From the NCBI GenBank assembly GCA_963708295.1, contig CAVPSJ010000004.1:960001-1024000 (forward strand): DNA of 64,000 nt, read 5' to 3'. This document shows, piece by piece, positions 10,404 to 20,605 of this stretch. The translations under genes and the position numbers were made by a program. This DNA comes from an uncultured delta proteobacterium. GTDB lineage: Bacteria; Desulfobacterota; BSN033; UBA1163. Position 1 is the stretch's first letter, and each line of letters begins with the position of its first letter. The notes beneath the pieces are model-generated. The model made no database searches and was not told where the DNA came from. It saw only the letters and a list, made by a program, of their open reading frames with translations.

Positions 10404-13253
10404 TTACTTCAGCCTCCATACTTCCCGGTAGGACAATCGCTTGAGCAGTGTCTTGCGGAGAAACGTTTCCGTTGTTCCGTTGACGCCCACCATCACATCC
10501 AGGTTTTTCCGCGGGTACTCCGCCAGATTGGCGGTCTTCATCCCGGTCCGGTCCTCGATATGCCAGGCATTGATCTTTTCCCCGTCGAAATCGTCAACAA
10601 CGATCTTGAAATATCCATTTGGCCCGGTATACGTATTGTTCTTCTCGTCCAGTATAATGGGCTTCCCGTTGTCGAGGATCAATTCGTTGAGCATGTAACA
10701 GTGGCCGCAGACCTCCGGCCTCACCACGAACCGCGGATCATCCGGCCAGGGTTTGTCTCGTTGAAGTTTCTTGATACCCGATGCAGCATAAAGAGGAACC
10801 TTTCCACCGGAGAAGTCGGACGATAGATCCAGCTCCACATGGACATCGTCATGCTGAAGCATAACCTTTTGCTGGGATTCGCTGTGCTGCGGAAGGGTAT
10901 CAAGAAGCTCTTTCGTCAGGGGCCCAAGGCTCTTTTCGACTGCCATCTTGCCTTTTGAATCGATAAGGATTAGTTTTGCCTTCTTGGTTGCCGGATCAAC
11001 GGCCGCGATTCTCAGCCGGTACTTCCCCAATTCGGTCTCCTCTCCGGCCTTCATGGCGAGCTGCCGGGGTTCTTCGTAGGAAATCGTAAAGGAATCCATA
11101 CCCGGGGTCCCCATCTCCGCCACCTCCACATAGTCCGGACTGACCCACTTGGGTATCAGATAGGTTGCCCCCTCGGCAAACACCTCCGGAAGAGAATACT
11201 TCTCCTCCATCGATGAGGAGGAAGAAGTTGAGTTGGAAGCCACGGGAGAATCGGAATACCCCCGGAATCCCGGAGCAACGATAATATTCGAACCCCAGGG
11301 GTTCCCGGAGTATTTGACCACCCGCAACACCCCGACAGGACGTCCCATCAGAATGGAAGATTCGATATACCGCAAGGCCTTGCTTCCGTCTCCCAGAGGC
11401 ACATCCTGCCAGAAAAGAAGATTCCCGTCTCCCATGGGCATCTCCTTCCACAGATCGATCCGGAAATTCTTCTTGACGACGAGGTAGCTCTCGGTGCTCA
11501 TCAGGTAGGCCTTCTTCCCGAGAACATAAAATGCTTCCCCCGCCAGGGGCCGGATGTTTCTTCCGTTGCGGCTCGTATAGTAGAGGCCTCCCGGAGGGAT
11601 GATGATCTGCCTCTTCCTGTAATCCACATAGCTTGCTCGGATCACGATCGCCTCCGAAGAGACAAGCTTTTCTCCTTTCCGGTTCTGGATGAACTGACGA
11701 ACGAGCCCTTTCATCTTCGGAACAAAAGCGCAGTCAGGATCAGGAGCAAACCACTTGGCCGACGGGATGACCGGCGGATAAGAGGTAAACTTCGACTTGA
11801 CCACTGGAATACCATAGGTCGGATCGGCCAGACGCTGAAGAAACGTATCTTCCATGACCGAGACAACGAGCTCGCTCATTCCGATGAAGAAATCGATATT
11901 CTCTCTCCCCTCTTTCCAGAGGATGAGATTATCGGTCCGGCGGAAGAAGGAGTCCCGCACATAGCAGCTCTTCACCACCTCATTCTCGATTTTGCCGACC
12001 ACGAGATTGAAATATTTTCTGTCCCACACGTCCGAGATCTTGATGGGACCGGCATAAGTTGTCTTTTCCCCAGTCAACTCAAAGGGTTCCCTGTTTTCAA
12101 GGACCACCCGCTTCAGCATTCCTGTCATCAAGTGCGGTTCGAGCCGGACGAGGTAACGGTTGTCTCTGGGCCATGGGTCGCCGTCCTTCAGTTTGACGAG
12201 ATCATGATAGATCATGAAAGAGATCGTTCCTTCCTTCCATCCGTAAGGAACATCGTTGGCCCAGGGAGCATAATCGGACCCCTTATACCAGGATGGATCG
12301 ACGACCAGTTCGATGTGCATATCCAGATCGAAAAGGGTCAGGCCCATCTTCTCCTGTTCTTCGAGCTTGTATTGCTGCTGGGTTGCCGGGACGAGAAGCT
12401 TTGACGCCAGTACCTTCCTGCCTGTCCAGTTGCGAACCTCCACCAGGATTCCGTTCTCCTTCCGGAAAGCATAGATCCTCTTGTTCCGCCACCAGCGGTA
12501 GCTTTCCTGCCGAACCTGTACCACGTAGGGCCGGTCCAGTGAAAAGACAGCCTCCGGGATGGTGGGATACTCGATCTTCGAAAAATGAGCCTCCTCGTGC
12601 GTGACTTTCTTTGCCTGGAACCGGGTCAACCCGTAAAGGGCAATACTGGAGAGAAAGAACTCCTTCTGCTGGGGATTGATCCCTTCTTTCACCTTCAACG
12701 CGTTCAATTTCACCGGCTCGGGAAAGGACGTGGAGACGGGCAATTCGATCTGCCAGCCTCCCGAAGGGGGCAGCAGCGCGAACTCCCCATAGGGTTTCCC
12801 GTAGTGGTCCGTGGCATATTCGTACCAGATCCGATATCCGGACGGATCGATAAGTCTCTTCCCTCCCTTTTTCACCCTCACGTCTGTTTTCGTGGCTGAA
12901 GAGGGTCTCAAGCTGAGGAGATACGCCTCCTCGCCGAGGATCAGGAACGGATCTCTCATCAGAGGCCTGGCGTCCTCCGAGGTACTCGAGGCATAGAAAA
13001 GTCCTCCTGCCGGCACATGGACCTTTCCTTCTTTCACAGAACTGCCGCGGAGGACAACACATTCGGCAAGATCCTTTTTCTGACCGTAATGATTATGCAT
13101 CGTCTTGTTTAACAAACCACCCAGCTTCGGGATGTACGTCGCCTGGTCTGACGGAGGCAATCCCCGGGAACTGTCCTCTCCCGTTGATGGAGAGGCGATC
13201 AGAAAGATCAGAAGGATTGTTGCGAAATGTAGAAACCCCCTTTTGCTCATCAT
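10404..13253 (-). CDS. Secreted 949-aa protein with internal tandem duplication and a CGHC motif
   Basis: Signal peptide MMSKRGFLHFATILLIFLIASPSTG; two homologous halves; VCGHCY at 10698-10709. Confidence 0.85.
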   Translation of the reverse strand: MMSKRGFLHFATILLIFLIASPSTGEDSSRGLPPSDQATYIPKLGGLLNKTMHNHYGQKKDLAECVVLRGSSVKEGKVHVPAGGLFYASSTSEDARPLMRDPFLILGEEAYLLSLRPSSATKTDVRVKKGGKRLIDPSGYRIWYEYATDHYGKPYGEFALLPPSGGWQIELPVSTSFPEPVKLNALKVKEGINPQQKEFFLSSIALYGLTRFQAKKVTHEEAHFSKIEYPTIPEAVFSLDRPYVVQVRQESYRWWRNKRIYAFRKENGILVEVRNWTGRKVLASKLLVPATQQQYKLEEQEKMGLTLFDLDMHIELVVDPSWYKGSDYAPWANDVPYGWKEGTISFMIYHDLVKLKDGDPWPRDNRYLVRLEPHLMTGMLKRVVLENREPFELTGEKTTYAGPIKISDVWDRKYFNLVVGKIENEVVKSCYVRDSFFRRTDNLILWKEGRENIDFFIGMSELVVSVMEDTFLQRLADPTYGIPVVKSKFTSYPPVIPSAKWFAPDPDCAFVPKMKGLVRQFIQNRKGEKLVSSEAIVIRASYVDYRKRQIIIPPGGLYYTSRNGRNIRPLAGEAFYVLGKKAYLMSTESYLVVKKNFRIDLWKEMPMGDGNLLFWQDVPLGDGSKALRYIESSILMGRPVGVLRVVKYSGNPWGSNIIVAPGFRGYSDSPVASNSTSSSSSMEEKYSLPEVFAEGATYLIPKWVSPDYVEVAEMGTPGMDSFTISYEEPRQLAMKAGEETELGKYRLRIAAVDPATKKAKLILIDSKGKMAVEKSLGPLTKELLDTLPQHSESQQKVMLQHDDVHVELDLSSDFSGGKVPLYAASGIKKLQRDKPWPDDPRFVVRPEVCGHCYMLNELILDNGKPIILDEKNNTYTGPNGYFKIVVDDFDGEKINAWHIEDRTGMKTANLAEYPRKNLDVMVGVNGTTETFLRKTLLKRLSYREVWRLK

Positions 13254-13322
13254 CGTCGATATCCTCGGCAGAAAACGTCTGTTATTCTGCCACCTGCTTT
13301 TCAGGCCATGTTCTATACTGTT

Positions 13323-13658
13323 TCAGCAGGTGCAGTCTTTTCCTCCGATCCCTTCGAGGAGGAGAAAAGGCTTGATCCTCCTCAACAGATTCCGGTCAAA
13401 CCCATCCACCTGCAGAAGCTCTTCGAGAGTCTGGAAGTTGCCATTGTCCTTCCGGTACTTGACAATCTTCTTGGCAAGTTCGGGAGAGATTAACGGCACG
13501 CTCTTGACCAGCTCGTCTTCAGTCGCCTTGTTGATGTTGACTGTCTTTCCCTTCACAGGTTGTGATTTTTCCGGGGCTGCCGCATTCACGCCGCTGACTG
13601 TGAAGCAGACCCAAAGGGCTACGAAAAGCACCATCCATTGACGAGTCTTTCTACTCAT
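13323..13658 (-). CDS. Secreted ComEA-type helix-hairpin-helix protein with C-terminal DCTC tail
   Basis: RBS GGAGGT, signal peptide, VNINKATEDEL..LAKKIVKYRKDNGNFQTLEELLQVDG; ends GIGGKDCTC. Confidence 0.85.
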   Translation of the reverse strand: MSRKTRQWMVLFVALWVCFTVSGVNAAAPEKSQPVKGKTVNINKATEDELVKSVPLISPELAKKIVKYRKDNGNFQTLEELLQVDGFDRNLLRRIKPFLLLEGIGGKDCTC

Positions 13659-13825
13659 AGAACTACCTCCCACAAAATAGAGTCTGTTCACAAATTGCCG
13701 CATCGGTCGAATCGTCATTCCGGCCCCGTATCAAGTACGGGGCAGGCTCCTCAGGTCCAGAAGGCATGACTGAAGAGGCTGTCTATGGCCAGACACTAAA
13801 TCTTAAGTTAACAGTTGCTTTCCTC

Positions 13826-14731
13826 TCATAGGGCTCCCTGACCGGCAAAAACAAGAACGAACCGGAGCAGAAACCCTCCAACCAGCGCCGATGCGAAGAG
13901 GGGCCACGCCCTGTTCACTTCTATCGCCTGCCGCCTCATCACGAGGGCCCAGGGCACAACCATGCCGATACCGATCGCCCCAACCCACCAGATCAGGCCA
14001 CTCCAGCCTGTCATCAGATGAATCGCTGCGGGCTTTGACGCCGGAGACAGGATCCTCGTCGCCCCGTACCCCAGAGCTACCAGAAGCAGGCATGGGAGAA
14101 TCACCCGGTAGCTTCTCTTCACGAACTGAAGGGGTCCCTTCATGGCATCGGCGTCCTTTTTTTCCACGAACAGGATTGCCAGCATCCCTCCTCCCGAAAA
14201 CCCGGTTGCCAGGGCAGACAGAAAAAAGAAGAGGGGCAGACTGAAGCCCCGCCAGAGAGGGGTTCCTGTGACGGAAAGCAGCACGCCTGTGTAGACCGAC
14301 ACGCCAAGGGCCAAGAGCGTCCCGACCCACCCGATCCTGCCCCGGATGTCCGTGCGCTCCCAGAGGGACAATGCACCGATTCCCGGCAGACGTTTCCTGA
14401 TAGGGGTCGGAATCCAGTATAAGGCAAAAGCAACGGACACAATCAAAAAGAGACTGAACAGCCATGCCCCGATAGACATGGGTGAATAGGGATTGAACAC
14501 GCTGACCGTCATCCAGAAACGAGACTTATATCCCAGATCAGCGATCAGCATCGCCATCCCGATCACAAGGGCGACAGGCGCCAGGAACAAAGACATCCGA
14601 GAACAGGATTCCCAGCCTTTTCCTTCGCGCCTTGAGGTCATTGCACCGAAACAAAAGCTGCCTGCCCCCAAGCCGGCGAAGAAGAGGTCCAGTACCACAG
14701 GAATCCCCCATGTGACCTCACTCATCGGCAT
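13826..14731 (-). CDS. NrfD/PsrC-family membrane anchor (quinol-interacting)
   Basis: WGIPVVLDLFFAGLGAG, DLG, SPMSIGAW, YTGVLL, GGFLLRF. Confidence 0.92.
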   Translation of the reverse strand: MPMSEVTWGIPVVLDLFFAGLGAGSFCFGAMTSRREGKGWESCSRMSLFLAPVALVIGMAMLIADLGYKSRFWMTVSVFNPYSPMSIGAWLFSLFLIVSVAFALYWIPTPIRKRLPGIGALSLWERTDIRGRIGWVGTLLALGVSVYTGVLLSVTGTPLWRGFSLPLFFFLSALATGFSGGGMLAILFVEKKDADAMKGPLQFVKRSYRVILPCLLLVALGYGATRILSPASKPAAIHLMTGWSGLIWWVGAIGIGMVVPWALVMRRQAIEVNRAWPLFASALVGGFLLRFVLVFAGQGAL

Positions 14732-15377
14732 CCCCCTGATTCTCTATCTTCCTCCACAGCCAGGCAAGCAATACTCCACCCGGAATGACTCCGCTCACCC
14801 ATTTCCAGGCCTGAAGCGATGTCGTCGTATTCAGTGGCACCGGCTCAGGCAACGCATAGTCTTCCGGTCTGCCTTCCAACGAGTACACCATGTGAAGACG
14901 TTCATTTCTTCCATAAGCTCCAAGATTTCCCCTTTTGTTTTGGTCAGGGTTATAGCTGAGCGCATCGGTTGTGCACTTGGCCACACACGCTGGCTCTTTC
15001 CCGCGGTCAATCCGTTGGATGCAGAAGCTGCATTTCCTCATCGTGTGTTGGGTCGGGCTCAATTTCGGCACGCCGAATGGGCACGCCTTGATGCAGTAGG
15101 CGCAGCCGATGCACCTGTTTCTCAGGTGTTCTACCACGCCGTCCGGCCTCTTCCGCAGCGCTCCCGCAGGACACGCTGAAACGCACGATGGATCATCACA
15201 GTGGAAGCATGCAGTCGATATGGAACGCAGCTTCGAATCTGGAAACCTGCTCGCAGTATGGCTCCTAACCCAGCGAAGCTGCACACCCGGCGGGGCATTA
15301 TTCTCCAGCTGGCAGGCCACCTCGCAGGAGTGACACCGGATGCACTTCTTAGAATCAAACAGAATTAATGGTTCCAT
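14718..15377 (-). CDS. 4x[4Fe-4S] electron-transfer subunit (PsrB/DmsB-like) with C-terminal TM helix
   Basis: CIRCHSCEVAC, CFHCDDPSCVSACP, CIGCAYCIKACP, KCSFC..PACVAKC; hydrophobic C-terminal segment. Confidence 0.92.
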   Translation of the reverse strand: MEPLILFDSKKCIRCHSCEVACQLENNAPPGVQLRWVRSHTASRFPDSKLRSISTACFHCDDPSCVSACPAGALRKRPDGVVEHLRNRCIGCAYCIKACPFGVPKLSPTQHTMRKCSFCIQRIDRGKEPACVAKCTTDALSYNPDQNKRGNLGAYGRNERLHMVYSLEGRPEDYALPEPVPLNTTTSLQAWKWVSGVIPGGVLLAWLWRKIENQGDADE

Positions 15378-15481
15378 CTCATCAATCAGGTTCAGGCTGA
15401 GGTTAAGGTTAAGGTTAAGAATTCCTCAAACCCCCCGGCAGCTCATTTCCACTGAATCTCGATGCTTAAGCTTTAGATGCT

Positions 15482-17692
15482 CTAAACCTCAGCCTTGACC
15501 TTAACCTTCTTCTCCTGTATCTTTTCTAGCCGGCACCCAAACCCATTGAACTGGGCTGACACTTCGTCCCAGTACCCCGGGATGATCGTATTAATTGATT
15601 CTCCTGCATTGCCCCGATAAGGGCTGGCTGGTTCCGGATGGGAGGGTGTCCAGACGACGCCGGGAAGGATCAACTCGCTCAGTCTCACCTTTCCAGCGAT
15701 TCTTCCCTTCTCCGTTTCGAGGATCGCCCGATCTCCATCCGCCAATGCAAGACCCTTCGCCGTCTCCGGATGAATATGAATCACGTTCTCTTCCGAAAAC
15801 TGGGCCATATAGGCCGACCAATTCGTATACGTCTGCTGCCAGTGCTGTACCACCTTTCCCTGGAGGAAGATTAACGGAAACCCCTTTGCCTCCGAGCCTT
15901 CCCCCTTCGGACTCCCTTGCGGTTCAGACCAGGAGATAGGACCCAGAATATCAGACCGCAGTTCCACCTTGCGGTCCCGGGTGAGAAACCGATCGTTCGG
16001 GTAGAGAGTGCCTCTCGTCCCGAGGTGGTCCGCCGAGGGACACGGCCAGGATATCCCCGTCGGATTTTTCTTCAGGCGGTCCAGCGTTAACCCTGTCCAG
16101 CTTGAAGATTTCTGTCTGAACATCTCATAGATCTCTTCCGTCGTTTCAAAGGATGGATATCTGCTTCCGGCGATCTTCTTCCCCAGGTCCCGGTAAAAAC
16201 GCCAGTCCTCCACTGTTTCTTCGGGCGGAGCAACGGCGCTTTCCCGCCACACCACCTGCCGCTGGGCACCGTACTGGGACCCCGAGCTTTCAAAGACCAT
16301 GGTTGCGGGGATCACAAGATGGGCGAGTTTGGCCTCCTCGTCCATGAAAAATCCGCGGTAGACGACCAGTTCCACTTTCTCGATCGCCTTCTTTACCCGG
16401 TTCGCGTCCGGGTAGCGCCTGTAGCTTGAATTGAGGAGAAGCACCTTCACCCGGCTGCGCTCCATATTGTAGAGAATCTTCCGGAATGTGAGACCCGGCG
16501 CAAGATCAGGAGCACGATATGTCTCCTCAAAAGCCTCACCGCCTCCGGGCTTTCCGGCCTGGACAGCCATCAATCCCTTCCCGTGCCCGGACAGCTGTCC
16601 CATGATGGCTTGAAGGGCAATGATCGCCCGGACGGTCTGGATCGAGTTGGTGTAGCGCGAGAGCGCTCCCCCCAGCCAGACCATGGTCGCCTTGCTCCCT
16701 GCAAGGCTCTCCGCAAAATCGACCATTCGCCGTCGAGAGATCCCGGTAATCTTTTCCACTTCTTCCGGGCTGTACCGCTCGGTTGCCCCGATGAGATCTT
16801 TAAAACCATTGACATATCTTTCTACATACTTTTCGTCGTACCGTTTCCCTTTGATCAGATGCCTGATGACGCCCAGAGCAAAAGCGCCATCGGTTCCCGG
16901 CCTCGGGGTCCACTGGTCATCGCAGTGACTGCTGGTCGGAGTCCTTCTTGGATCGACGTAGAGGACCTTGATCCCCTTGGCCCTCGCTCTGTCGATCCAC
17001 CGTACATATAAGGGATAAACCTCGGCAATATTGGCGCCCCACAAAACGAGACGATCCGAGTTCAATGCCTCATCCAGGGTCGTCGGGGTAATCGGGCTGC
17101 CCAGACAGAGCCGCAGCGCCGCTCCCGTGTTCCCAATGCAGGCATCTCCGGGATGGCAGATATCCGGCAACCCTGATAGATTCAGGGCCATCGTAGCAGC
17201 CAGCTCGCTTTCATGCGACTCCCACAGGGGTGCGAAGAGGACAACCTGATGGGCGTAGTCTTCGGGGGAATCTTCCTTGACCTTGAGGATCCGGCCGGCA
17301 ACGAGATCGATCGCCTCCTGATAGGAGATTCTTTTCCAGCCGTCGCCTTCTCGCTTGATAGGATACAGGAGCCGGTGAGGGCTGTACGTCAATTCCACCA
17401 TGGACTGGCCCTTCGGACACATTCCGCCTTGGGTCCAAGCGTTATCCGGATTTCCATAGACATTGATCACTCTTCCGTTTTTCACCTGCACCTTGGTCGT
17501 GCATCGGACCTGGCAGAACTGACAGCAGCCGTTGACTTCCGAATCAAACAGCTTTTCTTCCCGGGCGTCTGTGGAAGGATGCGCTTCCGTACAGAAAGCC
17601 AGGGGCGCCCCCAGGCCGCCCGCTGCCAGCGCACCCGCCTTCAGAAAATCCCGCCGGTTCATTCCGCTTACCGGCTCATCCTTTTTTCGCAT
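15482..17692 (-). CDS. Tat-exported Mo/W-bisPGD oxidoreductase catalytic subunit (DMSO reductase superfamily)
   Basis: Tat signal NRRDFLK; CCQFCQVRC..MCPKG Fe-S site; RLLYP, WGAN, PRPGTDG; probable metal-ligand Cys in HPGDACIG; likely start ATG 17692. Confidence 0.92.
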   Translation of the reverse strand: MRKKDEPVSGMNRRDFLKAGALAAGGLGAPLAFCTEAHPSTDAREEKLFDSEVNGCCQFCQVRCTTKVQVKNGRVINVYGNPDNAWTQGGMCPKGQSMVELTYSPHRLLYPIKREGDGWKRISYQEAIDLVAGRILKVKEDSPEDYAHQVVLFAPLWESHESELAATMALNLSGLPDICHPGDACIGNTGAALRLCLGSPITPTTLDEALNSDRLVLWGANIAEVYPLYVRWIDRARAKGIKVLYVDPRRTPTSSHCDDQWTPRPGTDGAFALGVIRHLIKGKRYDEKYVERYVNGFKDLIGATERYSPEEVEKITGISRRRMVDFAESLAGSKATMVWLGGALSRYTNSIQTVRAIIALQAIMGQLSGHGKGLMAVQAGKPGGGEAFEETYRAPDLAPGLTFRKILYNMERSRVKVLLLNSSYRRYPDANRVKKAIEKVELVVYRGFFMDEEAKLAHLVIPATMVFESSGSQYGAQRQVVWRESAVAPPEETVEDWRFYRDLGKKIAGSRYPSFETTEEIYEMFRQKSSSWTGLTLDRLKKNPTGISWPCPSADHLGTRGTLYPNDRFLTRDRKVELRSDILGPISWSEPQGSPKGEGSEAKGFPLIFLQGKVVQHWQQTYTNWSAYMAQFSEENVIHIHPETAKGLALADGDRAILETEKGRIAGKVRLSELILPGVVWTPSHPEPASPYRGNAGESINTIIPGYWDEVSAQFNGFGCRLEKIQEKKVKVKAEV

Positions 17693-19731
17693 ACGGTGAG
17701 TTCGGTTCGAACATTTCATACATGATCCGGCCTTCGAAGTTAGAAGGCGGAACCAGTCCAAACATGTGCATGATCGTTGGCATCACGTTCATCATATGGC
17801 CGTTCTTGGAGATATCGTTGTTCTTTCTGATGCCGGGGCCGGCTGCAATGAACGTGATCAGTGCATTCCCATGAAACCCTGTAAAATGTCTCCTCGGGTT
17901 GTCCCAGATCTCGCCATCACGGCCGAAACCGCCGAAGTTAATCTGGTAGAGCCCATCGTTCTTTTTCCCGGGCACCTTGATCCCGGATGAATCCCGATAG
18001 CCGCAGAATTGTACATCCCCGGCATACCAGCCATAGTCCCCCTTGTAAAGGTTTTCGACGCGGTCGGCGATATGGGTCCACTGCTGTCCTTCAGCATCTT
18101 TCACCTTCTTCAGCTCGGCAATGATGAAATCGCGCAGCTTTTCATATTCCGAAAACTCCACGATCCCGGTTGGTTCGCGATTCTTCAGATTGATAAAGAT
18201 GCCGGGGTTCCATCCGCTGTAGGCCTTTGTTCTGGACCAATCGATATCCTCGTAGTCATAGGTCCGTTTCTGGCCTTCCACCTCGGGTTTGACGTGAAGC
18301 AGTCCAAGCTGCATCAGCCAGGAATTGGGCTGAAAGTCTTTCTTCACCGCTCCCCATCCGTGGTCTGAGATCATCATGAAGATCGCGTCTTTCGGAAGCT
18401 CCTTCAGGATTCGCGCCAGCTCCTTATCGATATACTCCGTGAAATCGATCATGACTTTCCCGCCACCGTATTTCGCTTCGTATTCCGCGGACCAGTCAGG
18501 GTTGCCCTCGACGCGTGTCATGTTGTGGTTCAAACGGTCATAGGGCATATTCGAAAACCAGAAGAAGTCCCAGGGCTTGTTCTTCATCAACCACAGGACG
18601 ATATCGTCCTGTTCCCGCGTCGCATCATAGCAGTCCTCAATGAGGGTCTCCTCTTCCTGAACGTAAGCGACGAAGGACGAATAGTCGTATTCAAAGGGAA
18701 GGTTGGGCGTCCGGTAATAACCGAATGCATCGTAAACTTCCCTGGCGAGTGAGGCGGGATAGGTCCATCGGTCCGTGGGAACACAAGCCCCATCGAAAAA
18801 CACATCGATCGGTTCATGACGTTCAGGAGCGGTCGGATCCTGGAGAAGCCGATATCGGTAGAGTTGCAACTCCCCGTTGGCGGAATTGAGGCGCTCAGGT
18901 TTCCATTTGACAATTGCCCTTCGCCCGTTCGGGAACTGAATCGGCACATACTTCGACCACTCACCCTTTTTCAGCGTGAGTTTCACATCCTGATAGGCCA
19001 CCGTAACGGTATCTCCCGAATTGAGAGTGAGTTCCAGAGGGATCTTCATGTCTTTGAATTTGATGACGGTGGAGACCTTCCCGTTCTCGAATGTAATCTT
19101 TGTCTTGAGTGCGGATGCCGCCTTGTGCCTCTGCTGTGTGAAATAGACATGCCCCTTGCAATCGGCGCTATCTCCCAGACCGGGGGCACCTTTTCCCGAC
19201 ATCATAAAACCGCCCTTCAAACGTTCCGGAGGAAAAGACATGGCCGTGCCGCAGAGGCCGACCCTTACACCGCCCTCTGCCAGCATGAAGGGTACAGTAG
19301 CCGTGTGGAGTCTAAAGAGGCGGTTGATGCCCGAGGTCTGGTAGGCAACCTTGTCATAAAGCTGCCATGGATGGGACCCGAAGAAATTGTTCTGCCCCGG
19401 CCCTACGCCGGTGTTATAAGCGGCCCAGGCATCCACGGACATACCCCGGAAGATATTCTCGAACTCGCCGTAACTCCCCTGGCTCAGCAATTTCTTGAAG
19501 GTGGGCAACTTTCCCTGGTTTGCCCATTCGATAATATTTGCCATCTGGCAGGAATCGAGCCCCATGAGGACGATCTTGGGTTTCCGACCGCCTTTGAACC
19601 GCTCGCCTTGACCAGGTTGCCCTTCAGAAGACGCTCTCGCTCAACCCGACGATCGACGCACCGACCAGCCCACCGGCGATCGTCTTCAGCGCGTTGCGTC
19701 TTGACAGGTCTTTCTTGCTTGTATCATCCAT
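17676..19731 (-). CDS. Tat-exported alkaline-phosphatase-superfamily (NPP/phosphodiesterase-like) hydrolase, frameshift near 19640
   Basis: MDDTSKKDLSRRNALK Tat leader joins ARA/SSEG..KIVLMGLDS; GMSVDAW..TG, DRLNH, SDHG, GFHG, DIDWSRTKAY. Confidence 0.85.
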
Positions 19732-20039
19732 CTCGGTTTGTCTCCTTTCGGTGGCGCCCTGCGAAGAGTCTCTCACTCCGTTGCGGTCGGGGAAGAAGGT
19801 AACAGGAAATTTCCAAATATGTCTTCTGACAAAAAAAGTCTGACAAATTCGTTCCCAGCATTCTCTGAAGACCCAAAAAGGCATCATGCTGAACTCCGAT
19901 TATTCACGTTCATTCATCACTAAGTGTCAGCATCTCACCAACTGGACCCATTTGTCCTTCGGATGAGATCCCGGATCGGCGTCCGGGATGACAGGTCTCG
20001 GATAACATGACGGGTCTATGGAATTTCAGATATGTTTAT

Positions 20040-20414
20040 TCAACACTTCGACGGTTTCAAATCCGGTTCGTCATCGTCATCCGCAGGAGTGATATAAAGC
20101 GACCCCTTCTCCATTTTCGGATTGAGTTTGTTGAAGAGTTCTTTGTTCATCCCTTTCACTTTCATCAAATCCTCGGGACTCTTGAAAGGACCTGACTTCT
20201 CCCGATATTCCACAATGCCTTTCGCAAGCGTGGCGCTGATACCGCATTTGGTCAACTGGTCAGCGGTCGCTTTGTTCACGTCGATCTTTGTCGCCTCAGG
20301 TGCCTTCGCAGGCGGCTTGGCAGGCGTTTTCGTTTGAGCAATCCCTATGCCCCCGATCACGAATGCCATTCCGAGGACCATAATTAAAACAAACATCCCC
20401 ACACTTTTTTTCAT
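20040..20414 (-). CDS. Second secreted ComEA-type HhH protein with acidic linker and C-terminal Cys
   Basis: Signal peptide; IDVNKATADQL..LAKGIVEYREKSGPFKSPEDLMKVKG; ends ADDDDEPDLKPSKC. Confidence 0.85.
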   Translation of the reverse strand: MKKSVGMFVLIMVLGMAFVIGGIGIAQTKTPAKPPAKAPEATKIDVNKATADQLTKCGISATLAKGIVEYREKSGPFKSPEDLMKVKGMNKELFNKLNPKMEKGSLYITPADDDDEPDLKPSKC

Positions 20415-20605
20415 TTCCAATGACCTCCTTTTGTCGCATCTGCATCAAATAAAAGAAAAGCCTCTTATCTCCCTCTCCCCTGGCGGGAGAGGGCGGGGGT
20501 GAGGGGGGACGTAGCGTTTCCACCCCCACCTCAATCCTCCCCCGTCGAGGGGGAGGAGGACTACCAGATATTCTCATGGTTTGTGGGCGCCCTTGGCATG
20601 GGGCA

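Noticed and set aside
20016-20042. Selenocysteine at the KC-TGA end of the second HhH protein
   Set aside because: No convincing SECIS-like hairpin directly downstream, and TGA is a common stop in this window.
13323-20414. Natural-competence (comEA) locus
   Set aside because: No comEC, pilin or other uptake genes nearby; context is a sulfur/redox operon.
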